A stretch of DNA of 64,000 nt, taken from Planctomycetota bacterium (GTDB lineage Bacteria > Planctomycetota > PLA2 > JAEUHO01). The notes under the pieces were generated by a model. It was given only the letters and a program-made list of their open reading frames with translations, was not told the origin of the DNA and ran no database searches. The position numbers were made by a program, and so were the translations under genes. Location: contig JBFWRP010000002.1 of NCBI GenBank assembly GCA_050248855.1, positions 234,608 through 298,607 on the forward strand. Direction: 5' to 3'. Within the stretch, counting starts at the first letter, position 1. Every line of letters starts with the position of its first letter. Below are positions 17,756 through 27,830 of this stretch, one piece after another.

Positions 17756-19515
17756 GCGGAGGCGGGCCCCAGCACGCGCCGGATGGCGCCCTCGATCTCG
17801 CCCAGGGCCTCGACGGTCGCCTCGATGGACGTGCTCGCTTCGATCACGGCGTGTTCGCCGGCCTGGGCGGCCTCCTCGTAGCAGCCTTCGAGCTCTTCCT
17901 GGGTGGTGACGCGTCGGTAGGGGAGTCCGAACCCGTGGCAGACGCTCTCGAAGTCCAGGTCGTGGCGCGCGTCGAGCCACGGCGTGACGAGGTCGGCGTA
18001 GGCGCCTACGGGCAGCGTGTGGAAGATGCCGCCGCCGCCGTTGTTCACGACCAACAGGGTCAGCGGGGGGCCACCGCCGCGCGCGAGCCCGGCCAGGGCG
18101 TTCAGGTCGTGCAGCAGGGCTTGGTCGCCGAGCAGGACCGTGGTGGGGCGGTCGGCGCCGGCCGCGAAGCCCGCCGCCGTGGACACGATCCCGTCGATCC
18201 CGCTCGCGCCCCGGTTGAGCCCTACCGGGACGTCCGGCCCGTCACGTCGCGCGAAGGCCTGCAGCATGCGCACGGGGAGGCTGTTGGAAACGAAGAGCGC
18301 GTGCGCGGGGTCGATCCGCGCGCTGAGCTGGCGCGCGACCGCCGGCTCGACGAGCGGGTCGTCGGGCGCCAGGTCGAGCACCTCGTCGATGGCCGTGTCG
18401 ATGGCGCGGTCCAGCTCGACGAGCGCCGCCGGCGGTCGCCGCTCGTCGAGCCCTTCCTCGAGCGCGTGCGCCAGGAGCTCGTCCACGACGCGCTCGGGGG
18501 CCGCGACGACGTGCTCGACGGTGCGTCCGCTCGGGTCCGCCCACGCGAGCTGGTCGTCCACGACCACCAAGCGCGTCGCGCCTGCTTCGTCCAGCCAGTG
18601 CGCGTAGCGCTTGGACGTCGGGCGTGCACCAAGCTGCAGCACGACCTCGGGCCGGGCGGCCGTCCCGAGCAGCCGGTCCAGGTGCGGGCAGAACACGTCA
18701 CGGTCGCGGCCCAGGCGGTGGCCCGAGCGCAGATCGGCCAGCAACGGCCAGCCGAGCCGCTCCGCCAAGGCGCCGACATCCGCGGGGCAAGGGCCGGCGG
18801 CCACGACCATCCCCTGGGCGCCGTCGAGCCAGCGCGTGAAGAGGCGCGCGCGATCGCGCCCCAGCGCGGCACCCCGCGGGATCAGGTGGGTTGGGCTCCG
18901 CCACGGCGCAGGCCGGTCCGCGTCCAGGTCGGCCACGGCCTCGGCGGGGAACGCGACATGCGTGGGTGCGAGCGGCTCGCGCAAGCGGACGTTGACGTGG
19001 ACCGCGCCCCGTGGCGCCAGGCGCGCAAGGGCCAGGGCGCGCGCCACGTGCGCCGCGCCGAGACGTAGCGGCGTACCTGCGTCGGGTGCCGGCAGGTCCA
19101 CCGCGTGGCGGACGTGCTCGCCGAAGAGGCCCGCTTGGCGGATCGCCTGGTTGGCGCCGACATCCACGAGCTCCGCCGGCCGATCGGCCGTGAGCAGCAA
19201 CAGGGGTACGCCGTCGGCCGTCGCCTCGACGGCCGCGGGGAGCAGGTTGGCCACCGCCGTACCCGACGTGGTGACGACGGCGGCGGGCCGACCCGTGGCC
19301 CGGGCGTGGCCCAGGGCATGGAAGGCCGCGCCCCGCTCGTCCAGCCACAGGACGGCCTCGGCGTGCTCGTCGGCGAGGATCGCGCGCACCAGGGGCGTCG
19401 AGCGCGAGCCCGGTGCGACGACGAACACGCCCACCCCTTGCGCCACGCACGTCTCGATGACGAGACGCGCCCACGCCGCATTCAGGTTGGGCTCGTCGCG
19501 GTAGGGGGACGCCAC
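17752..19515 (-). CDS. menD: SEPHCHC synthase
   Basis: PGSRSTPL, DERGAAF, TSGTAVAN, TADRP, NRGASGIDG, GD..LLHDLN, NNGGGGIF. Start is approximate. Confidence 0.95.
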   Translation of the reverse strand: MASPYRDEPNLNAAWARLVIETCVAQGVGVFVVAPGSRSTPLVRAILADEHAEAVLWLDERGAAFHALGHARATGRPAAVVTTSGTAVANLLPAAVEATADGVPLLLLTADRPAELVDVGANQAIRQAGLFGEHVRHAVDLPAPDAGTPLRLGAAHVARALALARLAPRGAVHVNVRLREPLAPTHVAFPAEAVADLDADRPAPWRSPTHLIPRGAALGRDRARLFTRWLDGAQGMVVAAGPCPADVGALAERLGWPLLADLRSGHRLGRDRDVFCPHLDRLLGTAARPEVVLQLGARPTSKRYAHWLDEAGATRLVVVDDQLAWADPSGRTVEHVVAAPERVVDELLAHALEEGLDERRPPAALVELDRAIDTAIDEVLDLAPDDPLVEPAVARQLSARIDPAHALFVSNSLPVRMLQAFARRDGPDVPVGLNRGASGIDGIVSTAAGFAAGADRPTTVLLGDQALLHDLNALAGLARGGGPPLTLLVVNNGGGGIFHTLPVGAYADLVTPWLDARHDLDFESVCHGFGLPYRRVTTQEELEGCYEEAAQAGEHAVIEASTSIEATVEALGEIEGAIRRVLGPASA

Positions 19516-19571
19516 GAAGCCCACGGTAGCGCGCGGCCGTTCCAAGCCGACGTTCTCCGTGCCGCAGGCGG

Positions 19572-20900
19572 TCAGCTCGGTTCGAGCGCGGTCCGCATGG
19601 CGGCAAGCTTCTGCTCGGTCTCCTCCCACTCGGCCTCGGTGCGGCTGCCGTGGACGACACCGGCGCCGGCGTAGGCGATGGCCTCCGCGCCGTCCAGACG
19701 CGCGCTGCGCAGCGCCACCGCGACATCCAAGCCGAACGCGCCGACGCGGCCCACGAGGCCGGCATAGAGGCCGCGGTCAAAGCCCTCGTGGGTCCGCAGC
19801 CAGGCGAGCGCCGCGTCCACCGGCTCGCCGGCCACCGCCGGTGTGGGGTGGAGCGCCGCGAGGAGGTCCGTGTCGTGCACCCCCGGTGCGAGATCGGCCT
19901 CGATGCGGGTCCGGAGGTGCAACAGGCGGCCGGCCGCCTCGACCACGGGGACAGGTGCCGCGTGGACCTGCGTCGAGATCCTGCGCAAGCGGGACAGCAC
20001 GTGCTCGACGACGACGGCGTGCTCGCGGCGGTCCTTGTCCGATCCGAAGAGCTCCACGGCGCCCCCTGCCGTAGCCCGCTCGACCGACGCCAGCGTCCCG
20101 GCCAGTGCCTCCGTCCACACGTGGCGCCCCTGGCGTCGGGCCAGGCACTCGGGGCTGACGCCCAGGAACGCGCGCGCGCCTCCGGCCTCGACGAGGAAGC
20201 GGTACCCAACGCCCGCGGTCCGGTCCAGGCGGCGGAGCACGGACAGCGCGTCCGCCGGCGGGCCCACGCGACGCGCGTCGCGGCGCGCCAGCACGCCCTT
20301 CACCAGCTGACCCGCCTGCACGCGTGCCAACAGCAGCCCCATCGACGCGTCCCAGCGGGCGCGCTCGTCGACGGGCCCGCGCGGAGCGTCCTCGGGCCCG
20401 GTCCCGCCGGGCGGCTCGGCGGGTGGCTCGCCGGCGACGCGCTGCTCGATGGCAAACCAGCGACCCTCGTGACGGCGCAGCTCGAGGCTGGGCACCACGA
20501 GGCGCACCGCGCCGTAGGGACGCCACGGCGGTGACGGGGCCACGCCGAGGTCGAACCGCGAGGTGAGGAAGGCCCCCAGCCCGCCGTCGGGCCCCGGCGC
20601 GGGGTCGGGCGGCAGGTGCTCCAGGACGCCGAAGTCCCGGCCTTCGAGGACCAGCGCCTCGCCCGCCCCCGCGGCGAGGTCGCCGGTCTCGCGCCCGACG
20701 AACAGCCGCCGGGAACCACGTGGCAGGCGCGCCAGCCACGCGAACGGATCGACCTCCGTGGCGAGCGGCCACACGTGCCGCTCCAGCACGCCCGGGGGCG
20801 GTGCCGGGCGGGCCAAGCGCGAGGGCGGCTCGTCCCGTTCGTGGCCGATCGACGTGCGCACGTCCCAGGCATGCGGCGGCGGGTCGACGACGGGCGGCAC
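19572..20900 (-). CDS. menF: Isochorismate synthase
   Basis: KGVLAR, FLGVSPE, EALAGT, KDRREH, LHPTPAVAG, RGLYAG, YAGAGVV. Confidence 0.9.
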   Translation of the reverse strand: MPPVVDPPPHAWDVRTSIGHERDEPPSRLARPAPPPGVLERHVWPLATEVDPFAWLARLPRGSRRLFVGRETGDLAAGAGEALVLEGRDFGVLEHLPPDPAPGPDGGLGAFLTSRFDLGVAPSPPWRPYGAVRLVVPSLELRRHEGRWFAIEQRVAGEPPAEPPGGTGPEDAPRGPVDERARWDASMGLLLARVQAGQLVKGVLARRDARRVGPPADALSVLRRLDRTAGVGYRFLVEAGGARAFLGVSPECLARRQGRHVWTEALAGTLASVERATAGGAVELFGSDKDRREHAVVVEHVLSRLRRISTQVHAAPVPVVEAAGRLLHLRTRIEADLAPGVHDTDLLAALHPTPAVAGEPVDAALAWLRTHEGFDRGLYAGLVGRVGAFGLDVAVALRSARLDGAEAIAYAGAGVVHGSRTEAEWEETEQKLAAMRTALEPS

Positions 20901-21031
20901 GCCGGCATCCTACGGCCCGCTGCGTGGGAGCCGCGGGCGCAGCACGAAGTGGCCGTAGACTCCGCCCCGCGCCGCCGGGGACGGCTCTCGCCGTTCCGCG
21001 ATGGTCCCGGCGCGCGCCCGGAAGCCCCCTC

Positions 21032-24000
21032 ATGTCTGCGCCCAAGGAACCGCTGCCGTATCCCGCCGTCGAGCCCCGGCCCGACTTCCCGGCGATCGAG
21101 CGGGAGATCCTGGCGCGTTGGCAGCGCGACGACACCTTCCAGGCCTCGGTCGATGCGCGGCCCGGTGGGGACCGCGAGTACGTCTTCTACGACGGCCCGC
21201 CGTTCGCCAACGGGCTGCCTCACTACGGCCACTTGCTGACGGGCTACGTGAAGGACGTCGTGCCGCGCTACCAGACCATGCGCGGCAAGCGGGTGGAGCG
21301 TCGCTTCGGCTGGGACTGCCATGGACTTCCCGCGGAGATGGAGGCCGAGAAGGAGCTCGGCGTCTCGGGGCGCAAGGCCATCACCGAGTACGGCATCGAG
21401 CGCTTCAACGCGGCCTGCCGCACGTCGGTGCTCAAGTACACGGCGGCCTGGGAGCGCTACGTCACGCGCATGGGTCGTTGGGTGGACTTCGCCAACGACT
21501 ACAAGACGCTGGACCTCTCCTACATGGAGAGCGTGATCTGGGCGTTCCAGCAGCTGTGGCAGAAGGGCCTGGTCTACGAGGGCTACCGCGTGATGCCCTA
21601 CTCGTGGGCCGCCCAGACGCCGCTGTCCAACTTCGAGATCCGCCTGGACGACGCCACCCGGCCCAAGCAGGACCCGGCCGTCACGGTGGCCCTGCGTCTG
21701 GACCCCAAACCGGGCGACCCCGGCCCGATGGACCTGCTCGTGTGGACGACCACCCCGTGGACGCTACCGAGCAACCTCGGCGCCGCCGTCGGGCCGGATC
21801 TCGAGTACGCCCTGCTGCGCCACGGCGATCGCCTCGTCGTCCTCGGCGCGGCCGTGCTGGAGCGCTTCGCCAAGGAGCTCGACGGCGCCGAGCGCGTGGG
21901 CACGCTCCACGGACGCGAGCTCGTCGGTCGCACGTACGGGCCCCTGTTCCCCTTCTTCACGGGCCACCGCCACGCCTTCCAGGTGTTCGCCGCCGACTTC
22001 GTGGAGACGGGCGAGGGCACGGGCATCGTGCACATGGCGCCCTACGGCGAGGACGACCAGCGCCTGCTCGAGGCGAACGGCGTCACGCTGGTGGACCCCG
22101 TCGACGAGGAGGGCCGCTTCACCGAGCCCGTGACGCCGTACGCCGGCCAGCACGTCTTCGACGCCAACAAGGTGATCATCCGCGACCTGAAGGAGCGGGG
22201 TGTGCTGCTCAAGCACGAGACGATCGTGCACAACTACCCGCACTGCTGGCGCACGGACACGCCGATCATCTTCAAGCCGCTGCGCTCCTGGTACGTGCAG
22301 GTCACGGCGTTCCGCGACCGCATGGTGGAGCTCAACCGGGCCATCCAGTGGATCCCCGACCACGTGCGTGACGGGCAGTTCGGTCGCTGGCTCGAGGGCG
22401 CGCGTGACTGGTCCATCAGCCGCAACCGCTTCTGGGGTGCACCGATCCCGGTGTGGAAGAGCGACGATCCGGCGTATCCGCGCGTGGACGTGTACGGCAG
22501 CCTGGACGAGCTGGAGCGCGACTTCGGCGTGCGCCTGACGGATCTGCACCGCCCCACGGTGGACGCGCTGACGCGCCCCAACCCGGATGACCCCACGGGC
22601 AAGAGCACGATGCGGCGCGTGCCGGAGGTGCTCGACTGCTGGTTCGAGTCCGGGTCCATGCCCTTCGCCCAGCTGCACTACCCGTTCGAGAACCGCGAGT
22701 GGTTCGAGGACCACTTCCCCGCCGACTTCATCGTGGAGTACATCGCCCAGACGCGTGGGTGGTTCTACACGCTGATGGTGCTTTCCACGGCGCTGTTCGA
22801 CCGGCCGCCGTTTCGCAGCTGCATCGCGCACGGCATCGTGCTCGATACCGACGGCCGCAAGCTCTCCAAGCGCTTGCGCAACTACCCCGACCCCGAGGAG
22901 GTGTTCGAGACGATCGGCTCGGACGCGCTGCGCTGGTACCTGATGGCCTCGCCCGTCTTGCGCGGCGGCGACCTCAAGATCGACCAGCAGGGCGCCGGCA
23001 TCGCCGAGGTCGTGCGCCTCGTCATCAACCCGATCTGGAACGCCTTCGCCTTCTTCACCCTGTACGCCAACGCGGACCGGGTGCGGGCGAAGGTGCGTGC
23101 CGACAGCACGCAGCTGATCGACCGCTACGCGCTGGCCAAGCTGCGCGCGCTCGTCGAGACCGTGACGGCGCGCATGGACGCCTACGACCTGGCCGGCGCG
23201 TGTGCGGAGATCACCGCGTTCCTGGACGCGCTCAACAACTGGGTCATCCGCCGCGGGCGACCCCGGTTCTGGGCCGCGGAGGACAGCGCGGACAAGCGGG
23301 ACGCCTACGACACCCTCTACACGGTGCTCACGACGCTCGTGAAGCTCGCGGCACCCTTGCTGCCGTTCACGACCGAGCGCATCTACCGCGACCTCACGGG
23401 CGAGCCGAGCGTGCATCTTGCGGACTGGCCGGACGCCGCGACGCTCCCGGCCGATCCCGACCTCGTGCGCGACATGGACCGCGTGCGCGATGCGTGCTCG
23501 GTGGCGCTCATGCTGCGCGAGGAGAAGGGCCTCCGGGCCCGCCTGCCGCTGGCCAAGCTCACGCTCGCGGGCAAGGGCGCCGCGCGACTGGCGCCGTTCC
23601 TGCATCTCGTCCGCGATGAAGTCAACGTGAAGGAGGTCGAGCTGACCGAGGAGCTCGGCGCCTACGCGACGCGCGTGCTCGTGCCGGACGGTCGGGTGCT
23701 CGGCCCGCGGCTGGGCCCACGCTTCCGCGAGGTCGCGGCCGCCGCCAAGGCCGGTACCTGGCACGCGCTGGACGGGGGCCGCGTCCAGGTCGGCGACCTC
23801 GTGCTCGAGCCCGGCGAGCTCAAGATCCGCCTGCAGGCGCACGAGGGCGCCCTGGCCGGGGCGCTTCGCACGAACGACATGGTCGCGGTGCTCGACGACG
23901 AGGTGACGCCTGTCCTGCGTGCGGAGGGCATGGCGCGCGACGTCGTACGCCTGGTGCAGAGCGCCCGCAAGGACGCGGATCTCGTGATCACGGACCGTAT

Positions 24001-24187
24001 CGCCTTGCGGCTGGACCTGCCCGCCGAAGTCGAGGCCGCCGTGCGTGAGCACGAGGTCTACGTGGCGGAGCAGGTGCTGGCGACGCGCGTGGCCTACGGC
24101 GTGGTCGATGGCGAGGGACATCGTTTCGAGGGCAGCACCGAGGGCCACGACGTGCGCGGCGCCCTCGAGGTCGTCGCGGCGGATTGA
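21032..24187 (+). CDS. ileS: Isoleucine-tRNA ligase, type 2 (eukaryote-like)
   Basis: DGPPFANGLPHYGH, WTTTPWTLPSN, DWSISRNRFWG, QTRGWFY, KLSKRLRNY. Long C-terminus without a zinc finger. Confidence 0.97.
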   Translation: MSAPKEPLPYPAVEPRPDFPAIEREILARWQRDDTFQASVDARPGGDREYVFYDGPPFANGLPHYGHLLTGYVKDVVPRYQTMRGKRVERRFGWDCHGLPAEMEAEKELGVSGRKAITEYGIERFNAACRTSVLKYTAAWERYVTRMGRWVDFANDYKTLDLSYMESVIWAFQQLWQKGLVYEGYRVMPYSWAAQTPLSNFEIRLDDATRPKQDPAVTVALRLDPKPGDPGPMDLLVWTTTPWTLPSNLGAAVGPDLEYALLRHGDRLVVLGAAVLERFAKELDGAERVGTLHGRELVGRTYGPLFPFFTGHRHAFQVFAADFVETGEGTGIVHMAPYGEDDQRLLEANGVTLVDPVDEEGRFTEPVTPYAGQHVFDANKVIIRDLKERGVLLKHETIVHNYPHCWRTDTPIIFKPLRSWYVQVTAFRDRMVELNRAIQWIPDHVRDGQFGRWLEGARDWSISRNRFWGAPIPVWKSDDPAYPRVDVYGSLDELERDFGVRLTDLHRPTVDALTRPNPDDPTGKSTMRRVPEVLDCWFESGSMPFAQLHYPFENREWFEDHFPADFIVEYIAQTRGWFYTLMVLSTALFDRPPFRSCIAHGIVLDTDGRKLSKRLRNYPDPEEVFETIGSDALRWYLMASPVLRGGDLKIDQQGAGIAEVVRLVINPIWNAFAFFTLYANADRVRAKVRADSTQLIDRYALAKLRALVETVTARMDAYDLAGACAEITAFLDALNNWVIRRGRPRFWAAEDSADKRDAYDTLYTVLTTLVKLAAPLLPFTTERIYRDLTGEPSVHLADWPDAATLPADPDLVRDMDRVRDACSVALMLREEKGLRARLPLAKLTLAGKGAARLAPFLHLVRDEVNVKEVELTEELGAYATRVLVPDGRVLGPRLGPRFREVAAAAKAGTWHALDGGRVQVGDLVLEPGELKIRLQAHEGALAGALRTNDMVAVLDDEVTPVLRAEGMARDVVRLVQSARKDADLVITDRIALRLDLPAEVEAAVREHEVYVAEQVLATRVAYGVVDGEGHRFEGSTEGHDVRGALEVVAAD

Positions 24188-24236
24188 CCCGGGACCTCCC
24201 GGGGGGTACGGGTACCCACGTCCCCTGGAGGTCGCC

Positions 24237-26201
24237 ATGCACGAACCGTCGATCGAGTCGCTGCTCGCGGAGGAGCGTCGCTTCCCGCCGCCGCCGGACT
24301 TTGCCGCGAAGGCCGTGGTCCGGGACCGCTCGTTGTTCGAGGAGGCGGATCGCGATCCCGAGGCCTACTGGGCGCGCGAGGCGAAGACGTTCCAGTGGAT
24401 GGAGCCGTGGCACACGGTGCTCGAGTGGAACCTGCCGTTTGCCAAGTGGTTCACGGGCGGCAAGCTCAACATCACCGAGAGCTGCCTCGACCGGCACGTG
24501 GCCGCCGGGAAGGGCGATCGCGTTGCCTTCCACTGGGAGGGTGAGCCCGGCGACCAGCGGGCGATCACGTACGCCGAGCTCCTGGCCGAGGTGAACCGCA
24601 CCGCCAACGCGCTGGCCGAGCTCGGCGTGAGGGCTGGCGACCGCGTGACGCTCTACATGGGCATGGTGCCCGAGCTGGCCGTTGCCGTGCTGGCCTGCGC
24701 GCGCTTGGGCGCGCCGCACAGCGTGGTGTTCGGCGGCTTCAGCCCGACATCGCTTCGCGAGCGCATCCACGACTCGACCAGCCGCGTCCTCGTGACCGCC
24801 GACGGCGCGTGGCGCCGCGGCCACGTGGTACCGCTCAAGGCCAACGCCGACGAGGCCGTGTCCGGCGACACGACCATCGAGAAGGTCCTCGTGCTCCGGC
24901 GCATCGGCTCGGCGCACGCCTCGACCGCGACGCTTCCCATGCAGGCCGGCCGCGACGTCTGGTGGCACGACATCGTGCCCCGCCAGTCCGCGGACCGCCA
25001 CGCGGAGCCGCGCGACGCCGAGGACACCCTCTTCTTGCTCTACACGAGCGGCACGACCGGCAAGCCCAAGGGCATCGTGCACTCGACGGGCGGCTACATG
25101 GTGGGCGCCGGAACCACCACCAAGTACGTCTTCGACCTGCGCGACGACGACGTCTACTGGTGTACGGCCGACATCGGCTGGGTCACGGGGCACACGTACA
25201 TCGTGTACGGGCCGCTCCTCTGCGGCGCCACCAGCGTGATCTACGAGGGCGCTCCCAACCAGCCCGACGAGTCGCGCTTGTGGTCGATCGTCGAGCGTTA
25301 CGGCGTGACGATCTTCTACACGGCGCCCACGGCCATCCGTACGTTCATGCGCTGGGGCGTGAAGCACGTGCACAAGCACGACCTGTCGTCGCTGCGCCTG
25401 CTCGGCAGCGTCGGCGAGCCCATCAACCCCGAAGCGTGGATGTGGTACCACGAGCACGTCGGCGGCGGCCGCTGCCCGATCGTGGACACATGGTGGCAGA
25501 CGGAGACGGGCAGCATCCTGCTGAGCCCCCTGCCGGGCCTCACCACGACCAAGCCGGGCTCGGCGTGCGGTCCCCTGCCCGGGATCGCCGTCGACGTCGT
25601 CGACGAGGAGGGCCGCTCGGTGCCGCGCGGCGAGGGCGGCTTCCTCGTGCTGGACGGACCCTGGCCGTCCATGCTGCGCGGCATCCACGGCGACCCGCAG
25701 CGCTACAAGGACACCTACTGGTCGCGCTTCCCGGGTCGCTACTTCGCGGGCGACGGCTGCAAGCGCGACGCAGACGGCTACCTGTGGCTGCTCGGTCGCG
25801 TGGACGACATCATGCTCGTCGCGGGCCACAACATCAGCACGATGGAAGTCGAGTCGGCGTGTGTCGACCACCCCGACGTGGCGGAGGCCGCCGTCGTCGG
25901 TCGCAAGGACGACATCAAGGGCCAGGCCATCGCGGCCTTCGTCAGCCTGCGCGAGGGCATCGAGGGGGACGAAGCGCTCGTCCGGGCCATCCGCGACCAC
26001 GTCGCGAAGGTGCTCGGGCCCATCGCCCGGCCGGATGCGGTCTTCATCTCGGCCGAGCTGCCCAAGACACGGAGCGGCAAGATCATGCGCCGGCTGCTCC
26101 GCGACATCGCCGAGGGCAGGGCCCTGGGCGACACGACCACCCTTGCGGACCCGACGGTCGTCGACCGTCTGCGCCGCCAGTACGAGCACAAGGAAGGCTG
26201 A
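24237..26201 (+). CDS. acs: Acetate-CoA ligase
   Basis: YTSGTTGKPKG, GSVGEPINPEAW, DTWWQTETG, PKTRSGKIMRR. GGAGG RBS. Confidence 0.97.
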   Translation: MHEPSIESLLAEERRFPPPPDFAAKAVVRDRSLFEEADRDPEAYWAREAKTFQWMEPWHTVLEWNLPFAKWFTGGKLNITESCLDRHVAAGKGDRVAFHWEGEPGDQRAITYAELLAEVNRTANALAELGVRAGDRVTLYMGMVPELAVAVLACARLGAPHSVVFGGFSPTSLRERIHDSTSRVLVTADGAWRRGHVVPLKANADEAVSGDTTIEKVLVLRRIGSAHASTATLPMQAGRDVWWHDIVPRQSADRHAEPRDAEDTLFLLYTSGTTGKPKGIVHSTGGYMVGAGTTTKYVFDLRDDDVYWCTADIGWVTGHTYIVYGPLLCGATSVIYEGAPNQPDESRLWSIVERYGVTIFYTAPTAIRTFMRWGVKHVHKHDLSSLRLLGSVGEPINPEAWMWYHEHVGGGRCPIVDTWWQTETGSILLSPLPGLTTTKPGSACGPLPGIAVDVVDEEGRSVPRGEGGFLVLDGPWPSMLRGIHGDPQRYKDTYWSRFPGRYFAGDGCKRDADGYLWLLGRVDDIMLVAGHNISTMEVESACVDHPDVAEAAVVGRKDDIKGQAIAAFVSLREGIEGDEALVRAIRDHVAKVLGPIARPDAVFISAELPKTRSGKIMRRLLRDIAEGRALGDTTTLADPTVVDRLRRQYEHKEG

Positions 26202-26343
26202 CCCTCCAGGCGGCCGCGGCGCGGGCGACCGCGCGCGCGAGGTCGGCTCCGGACGCCCCCTCCGGCAGGGGGGGGACGGGCGCGGGCCACGCCGTATCCT
26301 CCCCGGCTCGAAGGCCGCCGATGGGGCGGCGCGGGGGTCGGTC

Positions 26344-27288
26344 ATGCGGATCGCGGTCACAGGCGCCACGGGCTTCGTCGGACGCCACCTCGTCGCCCGC
26401 TTGCGCGAGAAGGGGCACGAGGTGCGGGCGTTGGTGCGCGACCTCGGGCGGGCCGAGGATGCGCTGGGTGCCGCGGCCGAGCTGCGCGTCTACGACCCCT
26501 ACGATGCCGCCGACGTGCGCGATGCGCTGACCGACGTCGACGGCGTCGTCAACCTGGCGGGCGAGAACATCTTCGGCGCCCGCTGGACCACGGCCGTCAA
26601 GCAGTCCCTGCGCGACTCTCGCGTGGTCACGACGCGCGTGTTCTACGACGCGCTCCACCCGGTCAAGCTGGAGGAGCGCCCCAAGGTCTTCGTGTCGGCC
26701 AGCGCCGTCGGCTACTACGGCGCCCGCCCCGCGGGCACCGCGTGTCCCGAAGACGAGCACGCCGCCACCCAGCTGAACGCTCCCGACTTCCTCGGTCACC
26801 TCTGCGAGGAGTGGGAGGTCGCCGCGAGGCGCCTGGAGCTGCTGGGCTTGCGCGTGGTCACGCCGCGCATCGGCGTCGTGTTGGGACGCGGCGGAGGTGC
26901 GCTGCAGCAGATGGAGCCGGTCGCGCGCAAGCACGTGAGCGTGCAGATGGGCAACGGCCGCCAGGTCGTCAGCTGGGTCCACCTGGACGATCTGGTCAAC
27001 ATCCTGGTGTATGCGCTGGAGACGCCGGACCTGAAGGGCCCCGTCAACGCGACGGCCCCCGAGCCCGTCACGAGCCGCCAGCTGGCCAAGTCGCTCGCCA
27101 AGGCGATGGGCAAGAGGGCGATCCTGCCGGGCATGCCGGCACCCGTGGCCAAGCTCGTCTTCGGCAAGGGCCGCGCCAGCATGCTGCTCGAAGGCCAGGA
27201 GGTGAAGCCCTACGTCCTCCAGGACCGCGGCTTCCGCTTCCGCTTCCCCGACATCGACTCCGCGCTGGGCGACCTCTACGCGAAGTAG
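26344..27288 (+). CDS. TIGR01777/YfcH-like NAD(P)-dependent epimerase family protein
   Basis: GATGFVG, NLAGENI..RWT, SASAVGYYG, WVHLDD, GPVNATAP. Confidence 0.9.
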   Translation: MRIAVTGATGFVGRHLVARLREKGHEVRALVRDLGRAEDALGAAAELRVYDPYDAADVRDALTDVDGVVNLAGENIFGARWTTAVKQSLRDSRVVTTRVFYDALHPVKLEERPKVFVSASAVGYYGARPAGTACPEDEHAATQLNAPDFLGHLCEEWEVAARRLELLGLRVVTPRIGVVLGRGGGALQQMEPVARKHVSVQMGNGRQVVSWVHLDDLVNILVYALETPDLKGPVNATAPEPVTSRQLAKSLAKAMGKRAILPGMPAPVAKLVFGKGRASMLLEGQEVKPYVLQDRGFRFRFPDIDSALGDLYAK

Positions 27289-27830
27289 CACGCAGGTTCC
27301 CGGCTCGCGGCGGCGGAGCCGGAGCACCGAATCCGCGCGGTAGCGCGGAACGAGCGTGGAGCGACCAGACACCAAAGTGCGACGTTCGCCGGCCGGCGAA
27401 CCGCGACCCCTGCGTGTCAGGCACCTTGCCCACGTCGCGGCTGCGCCGCTCCGCGGCAAGGGTCCTGACACATCCGGGTTCGCGAGGCGCGCGGAGGTGT
27501 CTGAACCTGCGCCTCGGAGCGAAGCGACGGTGGCGCGGTGTCAGACACCGAAGTGCGACGTCCGCCGGCCGGCGAACCGCAACCCCCGTGAGGGGTGCAG
27601 GGGGGGTACGGAATAGCCCCCCTGCTGCGCAGGCGAAGCCGGAGCACCGAATCCGCGCGGGAGCGCGGAACAGCTGCTCAGCGGTGCTCCGAGCAAGTTC
27701 TTCCCTGCGCGGGCGGAAGCATGCGGAACGGAATAGCCCCCCTGCTGCGCAGGCGAAGCCGGAGCACCGAATCCGCGCGGGAGCGTGGAACGATGCTCCG
27801 TCCGCTCCGCTTGGGGTCAGACCCCGCGCT
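27289..27830. repeat. Mosaic of intergenic repeat modules between convergent genes
   Basis: 58-nt perfect direct repeat at 27608-27665 and 27728-27785, with a partial copy at 27317. Other modules are shared with 14678-14774 and 38662-38825. Confidence 0.9.

Noticed and set aside
20901..21031. T-box upstream of ileS
   Set aside because: No T-box antiterminator consensus was seen, and the region is short and shared with the divergent menF promoter.
27608..27790. CRISPR array
   Set aside because: Only two full 58-nt repeats and one partial copy, irregular spacing, intervening DNA made partly of other repeat modules, and no cas genes.
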